DNA of 58,142 nucleotides, taken from positions 1-58,142 of IMG/VR virus record IMGVR_UViG_3300013129_000001; one strand, 5' to 3'. Shown here one piece after another: positions 47,751-55,809 of the stretch; the first letter of the stretch is position 1; every line of letters begins with the position of its first letter. This DNA comes from a virus. Its lineage: Duplodnaviria > Caudoviricetes. Position numbers and translations under genes: made by a program. The notes under the pieces were generated by a model. That model was given only the letters and a program-made list of their open reading frames with translations. It made no database searches and had not been told where the DNA came from.

Positions 47751-50282
47751 CTAGGCACAATTGGAATGACCACAGATTTTACATGTAGGACATCCATTCT
47801 TATACATGACATCCTGAGAGCCACAAATAGGGCATTCAACTTCGCTCTTTTCTCCATCGGCAATATATTTTTTCAGAATTCTTGACATGGCTCTCTGGAA
47901 ACTAAATAAATCCCCAGCACAACCCACCTTAGTCACTTGTTCGCAGATATACTTAATGGGCGTTCCGTGTCTTAGCGACAAACTAGCTAAACGAGTAAAT
48001 GCCCCGTATTCTTTGTTGTTAAAATGCTTGTTGATGTCTTTGTATTGGAGTTTTTCGTTTTTGTCTTCCATGGAGCCAAGTACTAAATTGTATTGCGTGA
48101 TGCCGGCCTTATTTTTTCCGTTCTTGACAATCCATCCCGTCTTGTATTTTTGGGGAATGGTAAATGTCTTTTCAAATTTCGCGCTATCTCCACCGAAAAG
48201 TTCATAGGGCTGTCCATGCAAGAGACCGACAAAAAACAACCAATCTCCCTTACGGACTTTACTTCTATGAATTTCACATTCCAAGACAGGTGGACGCTTG
48301 GGAGCAGGGGACAAAATAATCTTAGTTGGACGATGACCCTGTTGAACTAGCTCTCTGAGTTTCAGGCTGGCTTCGTCACAATCCTCGCACTCCCTAGAAC
48401 TGCTTTCCTTGGTCAGAACGCCATCACGACTTCCATCCCTATAAATGGTCAATCCCTTACATCCTTCTTCCCATGCCAACATATAGAGTTTATCAACTGT
48501 TTCAATTTTAATATCATGTGGAAGATTAATGGTAGAACTGATAGCATGACAGGTATATTTGGTTGCGATAGCCTGCATTTTAACTCTCATCTCATAATCA
48601 ATGTCTGCCGCCTGAGAGCAAAAATAAGGGCTGTCCTTGAACTCTTTCCCCGACACTTTCTTAAATAGCTGGAGACCATGGTGTTCAATTTTATATTCCT
48701 TCCACTTGTCTCCCATTCCATCTACAAAATCGGGCTTATCCTTATCATTTTCCGTCAACTTTCTTTTGCGTATATATTCAGCGAGATAAACGGGTTCAAA
48801 ACCAGATGTAGTCCTTGTTTGAGTAGATACGGATCCGGCTGGAGCAGTAGTTAGACATGCAATATTTCTTCTTCCGACCTCTTTCATGTCTTTTTGAATA
48901 TCTTCCGGAAGTCTATTTAGAAAAGCGTTATCCTTTTCCTTCTTAGAATCCCAAACAGGAAAAGCACCTCTCTCTTTTGCCATTTCTACAGAAGAGCGAT
49001 AAGCCTCATCTCTAATGGTTGAATAAATCTTATCAACGACAGACAGAGACTCTTTAGATCCATATTTTAGATTAAGCATGGCAATACAGTCGCCAAGTCC
49101 AGTAATACCCAATCCAGTCCGCCTTCCCTTTTGACAAATATCACGAATGTTTGTCCACAAATCCATTTCGTTAGATTTGATTTTTTCATCTTCAGGATCG
49201 ATCTTGATTTTTTCAATGATTTTGTCAATAGCCTCTATTTCTAGATCTACCATATCATCAATAAGCCTCTGAGCCATTCGCGTGTTCTTTTTGAGTTTTT
49301 CTTCATCCAGTGAGGCTTTATCTAAAAATGGATTAAGAACATAAGACGTAAGATTCTGCAAAAGCAAAATACAACTACCATACGGGGCTAGTGGCAATTC
49401 TCCACATGGATTAGTTGACTTCGTTGCAAAACCCATGTCGGCATAACTATCTGAAGGGCTATTGCTAATAATAGTGTCCCAGAACAAAATACCCGGTTCG
49501 CCGGATATGTAATTGGATTTAACCAACTCGTCCCATATTTCTTTAGCCTTTACATTATGCCGAATAGAGGGCTTATCGCTATCAACCGGCCACCTCTGTT
49601 CATATGTTTCTCTCTTTTTGACAGCCTTCATAAACTCATCTGTGACACGAACGGAAATATTTGCGCCTGTAATTTTTTTCAAATCTCTTTTGGCACGGAT
49701 AAAATTAAGAACTTCGGGATGATGAACGGAAATACTAATCATTAGTGCGCCGCGACGACCATTCTGAGCAACCTCTCTTGATGTATTAGAAAATCTCTGC
49801 ATAAAGACAACTATGCCACCGGTCGTTAAGGCACTGTTCTTGGTTGGCAATCCCTTGGGACGAAGAGGCGAAACATCAATTCCAACTCCTCCCCTTCGCT
49901 TGGATATTTGTGCTATTCTTTCGTCTGAGCGACAGATACCGCCATAACTATCAACGGTATCTATGACAAAGCAATTACTCAAACTAACTCTTTGATATGG
50001 ATTTCCTATACCAAACATCGGACTCCCCTGTGGAACGACATATCTGTAATGATCGAACAAAGAGAAAATTTCCTCTTCAGACATGGGATTGGGATACTTC
50101 TTTTCAATGCGATGGAATTCTTTAGCCAGACGACGATGCATCTGATCAGGAGTTGTCTCTAATATTTCGGACTTATCATTCCTCATTGCATACTTACTTA
50201 CGAAAACTTCTGCCGCTAACTCGTCTCCTTGAAAATATTCAATTGATTTTTTAAGGACTTCCTCACGCGTATATGTTTTCAT
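47751..50282 (-). CDS. nrdJ: Class II (adenosylcobalamin-dependent) ribonucleotide reductase
   Basis: Motifs SLSNCFV, RGGVG, QNGRRGA, ANISV, STNPCGE, APAGSVS, AISSTIN and KGLTIYRDGSR, with a C-terminal CPIC..CKICG. No beta-subunit gene is adjacent. Confidence 0.93.
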   Translation of the reverse strand: MKTYTREEVLKKSIEYFQGDELAAEVFVSKYAMRNDKSEILETTPDQMHRRLAKEFHRIEKKYPNPMSEEEIFSLFDHYRYVVPQGSPMFGIGNPYQRVSLSNCFVIDTVDSYGGICRSDERIAQISKRRGGVGIDVSPLRPKGLPTKNSALTTGGIVVFMQRFSNTSREVAQNGRRGALMISISVHHPEVLNFIRAKRDLKKITGANISVRVTDEFMKAVKKRETYEQRWPVDSDKPSIRHNVKAKEIWDELVKSNYISGEPGILFWDTIISNSPSDSYADMGFATKSTNPCGELPLAPYGSCILLLQNLTSYVLNPFLDKASLDEEKLKKNTRMAQRLIDDMVDLEIEAIDKIIEKIKIDPEDEKIKSNEMDLWTNIRDICQKGRRTGLGITGLGDCIAMLNLKYGSKESLSVVDKIYSTIRDEAYRSSVEMAKERGAFPVWDSKKEKDNAFLNRLPEDIQKDMKEVGRRNIACLTTAPAGSVSTQTRTTSGFEPVYLAEYIRKRKLTENDKDKPDFVDGMGDKWKEYKIEHHGLQLFKKVSGKEFKDSPYFCSQAADIDYEMRVKMQAIATKYTCHAISSTINLPHDIKIETVDKLYMLAWEEGCKGLTIYRDGSRDGVLTKESSSRECEDCDEASLKLRELVQQGHRPTKIILSPAPKRPPVLECEIHRSKVRKGDWLFFVGLLHGQPYELFGGDSAKFEKTFTIPQKYKTGWIVKNGKNKAGITQYNLVLGSMEDKNEKLQYKDINKHFNNKEYGAFTRLASLSLRHGTPIKYICEQVTKVGCAGDLFSFQRAMSRILKKYIADGEKSEVECPICGSQDVMYKNGCPTCKICGHSNCA

Positions 50283-50323
50283 ATTTTTAAACTCCGAATC
50301 ACATAGTTTATTGCGAAAAATTC

Positions 50324-51484
50324 TTATCCCTTTTGCCTTTTTGATTTTTTGTAGTAAGAAACTATGTCTTTGATAAAAACCGATGCAACATTGCTCAAAA
50401 ACCGTTCTGATGACGCCACTAACGACTCTATATTTTCATCTTCGTAGCAACTCTTGAGTAAATTTTCCCCCTGAGTAATCATCCATTTTGACATTTTCTC
50501 ATCCATTGTCATGCTTTTAATCTTCAGAAGTCCATCTCTAATTTCATCGCCAAGATACAATCTCCACGGTTGCGATTTAAGAATGTTCGAAGCCTTAATC
50601 ATCCTTAGATCATAAAGTTGCGATCTATCACCGAAGTTTCTTGATATATAATAACTATGCGTAGTAGCAAAAATTTGGCTATCCGGAAAACATCTTTTCA
50701 TGGATTCTATTAACTGAATATGCCTTCCAGCCTCAACATGCATTTCGGCATTATCAATACAGGCAACAGAAGGCATATATTCCTTATTAAGAATAGTAGA
50801 GAATGACTTGATGATTTTTCTTTCGCCGGCACTGCATTCTTTATGGCTAATAGTTTCATCGGGCTTATGAACCCAAAACCCCAAAACATATTGCTTCAAA
50901 ATATTTGCTTGCACAGGATCATTACTTTCATCGAAGACGCCCTCTTTCTCCTCTATTGAAAATCCGGTGATTGATTCAAAAAGGTCTTTGAAGGTAGCCC
51001 AATGTTGTCTATTTAGTTGGAACTGATGGAGTTCCTGATCAAAGCGAGCGTAATAACAAAGACGATAAATAATCTCTTTTATTTCAAGTGGATGGTCTTT
51101 GATAAAACCGCTTTTGTTAATTTGAACCTCATAGTCTCCGATAGAACTCCTGATCTGAGCCGTAATCAAAAAATCATCATCATTGTAAATAGCCGCTTGA
51201 GCACCATCAACGTGGCGAACCGACTTCCCCAAAAGAGCTTTTAAATGTTTCAGTTCTCTTCCTTCTAGGCGTGAAAAGATGAGGGTAATAGCATCTAAAA
51301 TTGTAGTTTTTCCGCTTCCATTTGGTCCGTGAAAACAGATGAAATTTTTACACTTGTCTCCATCCATGAAATCAAAAAACACATCCTCGAAGGCCTTAAA
51401 TTTATGAAAGGCTATTGACTTAATCTTGGCACTAGGAATGGTTGATGGATCAATTTTAAAATTGGGTAAAACAATATTACTCAC
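50324..51484 (-). CDS. ABC-type (SbcC/AAA_15-like) ATPase
   Basis: Walker A GPNGSGKT, signature CSAGE, Walker B CIDNAEMH and H-loop TTHS. Confidence 0.8.
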   Translation of the reverse strand: MSNIVLPNFKIDPSTIPSAKIKSIAFHKFKAFEDVFFDFMDGDKCKNFICFHGPNGSGKTTILDAITLIFSRLEGRELKHLKALLGKSVRHVDGAQAAIYNDDDFLITAQIRSSIGDYEVQINKSGFIKDHPLEIKEIIYRLCYYARFDQELHQFQLNRQHWATFKDLFESITGFSIEEKEGVFDESNDPVQANILKQYVLGFWVHKPDETISHKECSAGERKIIKSFSTILNKEYMPSVACIDNAEMHVEAGRHIQLIESMKRCFPDSQIFATTHSYYISRNFGDRSQLYDLRMIKASNILKSQPWRLYLGDEIRDGLLKIKSMTMDEKMSKWMITQGENLLKSCYEDENIESLVASSERFLSNVASVFIKDIVSYYKKSKRQKG

Positions 51485-51657
51485 GGCGTTTCTCTCTTAG
51501 TAAGTTTGTCTTTTACTTCGTCTCTGTTAAAAACAACTTTTCTCTTTTCGTATGTTACCGGAGGTGGTTTCAGATTGTCATTTGTAAGATTGATTTTAGC
51601 TCCATCGGGAACATAAACCAATGGTTTCGAAATACGATCTATGGGATGTTCATTCAT
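51481..51657 (-). CDS. Small 58-aa hypothetical protein not in the ORF track
   Basis: MNEHPIDRISKPLVYVPDG...KRETP fills the gap and is GTGA-coupled to the ATPase start. Confidence 0.6.
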   Translation of the reverse strand: MNEHPIDRISKPLVYVPDGAKINLTNDNLKPPPVTYEKRKVVFNRDEVKDKLTKRETP

Positions 51658-51661
51658 ACAA

Positions 51662-52120
51662 TTAGTGCATCTTCTTCTTGAATGATTCAGTTAGAATGGA
51701 CTGAATAAGACTAATATGGAAGGTAAAGATAAACCGATCCCTAAAGATTTTCATTCCGAATTTTCTATGCTCATATTGGTTAACACGAGCAATATAATCA
51801 TCCTTTAAGTCGGTAAGAATTTTGGCAAACTTATCCATATTCTCTCTGATTAATAGTTCTCCCAAAAAGTTCGCCGTAAAATCAGAAGTTATTTCAGTCT
51901 TGTATTTCATGAGAAGTTCATAATTGATACCTAGTGATCGAATTGGACATTCAAACATAACATCCCCTTCGTCACTACACTTCTCAAGAATCTTAACTTC
52001 CGGACTAGAAGATACGATAATAGCAAACAAATCACGGAATTTACTGGATTTCTTTTCGAGATGAGATGATTGAGTTCCAATTTTACTTTGAATTTCTGTA
52101 ACAAAGTCTTCCATAAACAT
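51662..52120 (-). CDS. Hypothetical protein
   Basis: 152-aa ORF with a GGAG RBS. Confidence 0.65.
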   Translation of the reverse strand: MFMEDFVTEIQSKIGTQSSHLEKKSSKFRDLFAIIVSSSPEVKILEKCSDEGDVMFECPIRSLGINYELLMKYKTEITSDFTANFLGELLIRENMDKFAKILTDLKDDYIARVNQYEHRKFGMKIFRDRFIFTFHISLIQSILTESFKKKMH

Positions 52121-52231
52121 TTACTCCGTTTGCAGTTTTAGATATTCAAAATACATCTACAACTACCTTTTGCAGTACTATTATACATAGTCATTTTGTT
52201 TTCCGAACAATTCAATCTCATTATTAGAGCA

Positions 52232-52256
52232 AGGATTATTGCACAAAAAATAAGAA
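52232..52256 (+). promoter_or_regulatory. AGG-N19-GAA promoter of the lysozyme-domain gene
   Basis: AGGATTA...GAAGTA with GAA at position 23. Confidence 0.65.
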
Positions 52257-52299
52257 GTACATACTGTATAATTCTAATCGGAATATTGGAAAACCTGTT

Positions 52300-54327
52300 A
52301 TGAAAATTATCCGTATATCGACAACGGTATCTAAAATGCCCAATGAGGAGATTCGTGCTAAACTCATAGGTAACATTCCTGTCAATAAAGCTATACCTCT
52401 AATCAATGAGGCATTTAAACGAAATGATATGGAGTGCTTTTTCACCATAGCAAGCAACTACCATTATTCTAATCATCCGACAATATCCAAACTCATATGG
52501 AATATAATGGAAAGAAACCCACAATATCCATACAACTGGAATATTGTAACGGCATTTTTAAACTCTTTTAGTTGGAATAATAGTGCTGAATATACGGTAC
52601 TAAAGCCCAAAATGCTTTCTCTCTCGCTCGTCAATCCCAAAATAACTTCAGCCATAATACTACATTCGCAAATTCCAGCCGATCTTACCGACAGTATATT
52701 CAACAATCTACCTCTTGGCGATCCTAGAAAAACAACTCTTGAAAACAGCCCACACCTACAATCTATACTTGAGGATTTGAAATCGGGAATATCATGGGGT
52801 AATCAGCGAGCGGGACTTATCATGACTACTAGAATAGTTCGTAGTCCACAAGACAGGTTTGTAACAGAAGTAAGCAAATACAATCTGGAACCGGGATTTG
52901 CATTGGCGATAATCAATATAGGGAAGACATATAAGAATCAGAATCCAGAATTAAGCAAAAACATTAAAGGCAACAAAAATCTAGGAATACAAATAGCACA
53001 TTTCGCCACGTTAATTCCAACATCAAATCCACAAATAATAATCCCTTCCTTACTAGATATAATCAAGAGCAAAGACTATGACAACAATAAACAGTGGATG
53101 GATTTAGTATGGAACTCTGTATTTGAAAAAATGAAAGACCCATCATGGATGACGAGTTTATTTACGATTACCTATACTGGCGAAGATGTTATATCAACTA
53201 TAATAGACCATCGGCCGGATTTTATACCCAACATAATTGATTCCATTAAGCAATCTCCGAATATTGCCGACATTATATCTTCAAAAGCCTTCAAAAAACT
53301 TATCGAAACAAGCTTCCAAAATACACAATACAAAAACAAGATACTAGAACTACCCGAGGAATACTTTGACATGATTGACCTAAGCCCTATTAACAGGTCA
53401 ATCGTTCAAGAGCATTTTAATCCAATCATAGAGGACTATGAAAACCTAAAAGAACTTCTTGGAACCAAAACAAACTGGTACGTTAAATATGCCGAAGTAC
53501 AAAAATTACTCAAAGAAGCTGGGTGGTTTAATAATCTAAGCCCTAGACAGCAATCTTTTGTTATTACACTAATTTCAATATTAAGTTCTATTTCTGCTGT
53601 TTTCGAAGCTGGAGCGATAAGAAAATTTCTAGATTCAAAAAACATTCCAGAGGCACAACAGCAGGCATTGGTTCAAACCGTTAACCAGTTAACCTATCAG
53701 CAGAAAAATATAGAACAACTAACCAGTCAGGATATTGCTATGGCAAAACAGAAACTTGATGAAGTAACCAATAAGGCACTACATCAAAAAGTTGATAGAA
53801 CTGTACAAAAAATACAGACCACAAAAGAACAAAGTATAGAGGCAGGAGAACTAGATATTGAAGCCGCCAAAGATAGCATCAGAAAACATGAAGGAAAAAG
53901 TAATAAAGTATATCTAGATCCATCAAAGAAAAATTGGTGCGTTGGGTACGGATTCAACCTTAATAAGCCAAATTCAAAATTCATTATTCAATCTATCGGC
54001 GCAGACTACAATAGGGTACTTAGTGGCCAACAAATACTAACTGATAATCAAATAGAAAAACTTCTCGATATAAGTGTCAAAGAAGCCATATCTATCGCAG
54101 AAGATTTTACCATCAACTATAATGAATTACCATCAAAAGCAAAATTGGTTTTAGTCAATATGGCATTCATGGGAAGAGGAACTTTAAATGAATTCAAAGA
54201 TCTAAAAAACTCACTGTCCAATAATGATTACAATAAAGCAGCCGATGATATGTTAGATTCTCTTTGGGCTAAGCAAGTAGGTAGAAGAGCAACTGAATTA
54301 GCAGATATCATGAGGTCGCTTACTTAA
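52300..54327 (+). CDS. Large protein with C-terminal T4-type (GH24) lysozyme domain
   Basis: C-terminal KHEG...VYLD...VGYGFNL...LVNMAF.G...AADDMLDSLWAKQVGRRA. A hydrophobic segment FVITLISILSSISAVF lies upstream. Confidence 0.85.
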   Translation: MKIIRISTTVSKMPNEEIRAKLIGNIPVNKAIPLINEAFKRNDMECFFTIASNYHYSNHPTISKLIWNIMERNPQYPYNWNIVTAFLNSFSWNNSAEYTVLKPKMLSLSLVNPKITSAIILHSQIPADLTDSIFNNLPLGDPRKTTLENSPHLQSILEDLKSGISWGNQRAGLIMTTRIVRSPQDRFVTEVSKYNLEPGFALAIINIGKTYKNQNPELSKNIKGNKNLGIQIAHFATLIPTSNPQIIIPSLLDIIKSKDYDNNKQWMDLVWNSVFEKMKDPSWMTSLFTITYTGEDVISTIIDHRPDFIPNIIDSIKQSPNIADIISSKAFKKLIETSFQNTQYKNKILELPEEYFDMIDLSPINRSIVQEHFNPIIEDYENLKELLGTKTNWYVKYAEVQKLLKEAGWFNNLSPRQQSFVITLISILSSISAVFEAGAIRKFLDSKNIPEAQQQALVQTVNQLTYQQKNIEQLTSQDIAMAKQKLDEVTNKALHQKVDRTVQKIQTTKEQSIEAGELDIEAAKDSIRKHEGKSNKVYLDPSKKNWCVGYGFNLNKPNSKFIIQSIGADYNRVLSGQQILTDNQIEKLLDISVKEAISIAEDFTINYNELPSKAKLVLVNMAFMGRGTLNEFKDLKNSLSNNDYNKAADDMLDSLWAKQVGRRATELADIMRSLT

Positions 54328-54510
54328 TATCTTTTCCTATTTCTAAATGTTTCCCGAAGTAGTTTGATTTTGAAATTTCCTATATAGGACCACTTCTAAT
54401 ATATTAGAGATCTTATATTAGACTTATAATTACTAGTATATTAGGGAAAGGAATGCCAATCCATAAATGTCTATTTGTAAACGACTTATAAAAGTTCAAA
54501 TGCTCAAATT

Positions 54511-54642
54511 TGAGTTTATTTTACTCGGTATAGTATGGTTGCAAGAGTAAAATAAACTCACCATCAAAGTAAATTTTACTTACGACCATATTAGGAATAG
54601 TAAAATATACTCACTATTGTATTTTTTGAGTATAATTTACTA
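54511..54642. repeat. Five AGT(W)7ACT palindromic boxes in an AT-rich non-coding gap
   Basis: Boxes start at 54513, 54546, 54568, 54599 and 54629. The first two form a perfect 16-bp inverted repeat. Confidence 0.8.
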
Positions 54643-54665
54643 ACTTAAAAATTTTTCATTTTTTG

Positions 54666-54694
54666 TTGCGGAAAATTTTACCCATCTGTATAAT
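54666..54694 (+). promoter_or_regulatory. Sigma70-type promoter
   Basis: TTGCGG-17 nt-TATAAT with an AT-rich upstream element. Confidence 0.75.
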
Positions 54695-54769
54695 AGACTC
54701 GAACATGACAATAGGTTATGTTCCCATCCCTGATGGTTTCAGGAGAGCGTGTAGGAGAAGGAGAAAAAC

Positions 54770-55741
54770 ATGTCCACATCCACACCAGTTAGTTCAGTAG
54801 AGAGTCAGTCAAACCCCGCAACCTCAACTTACGATTCATGGGAGTCCCGTATTCAAAATGCGGCCACTTTCATGGGACTGTCGGTTAAGACAGTTGAAGG
54901 GGGTCTTAAAACCCTAGGAGTTGAGAAAGAACCAGCCGGACTGGAAATGCTTTCTGATGAGAGCATTACTCCATTTGGGGACATTAGAGCAATCTTTTGC
55001 GATAATGATATGTTCGGCAAGATACCCATCGCCAAGGTTAGAATGGCAATGAAGTATCTTAGAGGTCCAAAAGGAAGTAACAAAACAGATACCATTGATC
55101 CTGAGATTATTGAATTGAAGAATAAGTATGGTATCAAAATGAAGATGGAAGATGTTGAGCCATCTGAACTGCTTGAACATTACCATCCCGATAAACCCAA
55201 CCATCCTGTCACAGCAGCTCTTAAAAAGAGATATGGCGATAAAGCCGTTATCGCTTTTAAGCCAGACTCTAAGGCTGTTGATGTTGAAGAGACGGCGAAT
55301 TATATGGCTGACTTGGAACAGGGTTATGAAGAACAGGAAACCATTGAAGTTGATGGAGTTCTTGTTAGGCTATATCCTGTTGGAAAAATTCCTGACGAGA
55401 TGGTTGAAGAGGATCCTCTATTCCCGGGACACGCTCTTAGAAGGGGCAGATCTCAGGTAAATAGGATTAATTGGTCTAATATCGGGCAAGATGTTCGTGT
55501 GTTCTGCCGTATTATCGTTGATATGCAGACCATTGACGAGAAGAAGTTCTTCGAAGCCAGGGAGCTAATAAAGACGGCTCAGCAGGGATGGAATGAACTC
55601 AAGAAGTGCTACCCTGAAGCCGATCTCCGATATAGGGAGATGTCTAAGAGAGGCGAACTTCCCAAACTACTTCTGTCTATGGATGAATCTAATGGTAAAA
55701 AGCAAAATCCATTCGGAGTTGGCAATAACAGGAGATTCTAA
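54770..55741 (+). CDS. Hypothetical protein
   Basis: 323-aa ORF with a strong AAGGAG RBS; no family recognised. Confidence 0.8.
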   Translation: MSTSTPVSSVESQSNPATSTYDSWESRIQNAATFMGLSVKTVEGGLKTLGVEKEPAGLEMLSDESITPFGDIRAIFCDNDMFGKIPIAKVRMAMKYLRGPKGSNKTDTIDPEIIELKNKYGIKMKMEDVEPSELLEHYHPDKPNHPVTAALKKRYGDKAVIAFKPDSKAVDVEETANYMADLEQGYEEQETIEVDGVLVRLYPVGKIPDEMVEEDPLFPGHALRRGRSQVNRINWSNIGQDVRVFCRIIVDMQTIDEKKFFEARELIKTAQQGWNELKKCYPEADLRYREMSKRGELPKLLLSMDESNGKKQNPFGVGNNRRF

Positions 55742-55749
55742 TTGAGAAA

Positions 55750-55778
55750 GGGGAGGCAGAGATTTTCTCTGCCTCCCC
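55750..55778 (+). terminator. GC-rich hairpin (terminator or RNA-stabilising stem)
   Basis: Stem GGGGAGGCAGAGA/TCTCTGCCTCCCC with a weak U tract. Confidence 0.55.
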
Positions 55779-55809
55779 GATTCATTAGGAGTAGTTATGT
55801 CAACTTGGC

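Noticed and set aside
43693-50282. Inteins in terL or nrdJ
   Set aside because: Lengths are normal and no Cys...HN/GN splice motifs were found.
50324-51484. ABC ATPase as part of a defence system (OLD/Gabija/Septu-like)
   Set aside because: No Toprim, HNH or helicase partner is recognisable next to it, so only the ATPase fold is supported.
22791-52186. Several isolated TATAAT boxes on the minus strand (22793, 31386, 41747, 52180) as full sigma70 promoters
   Set aside because: None has a convincing -35 element at 16-18 nt. They may be real extended -10 promoters but are not supportable by eye.
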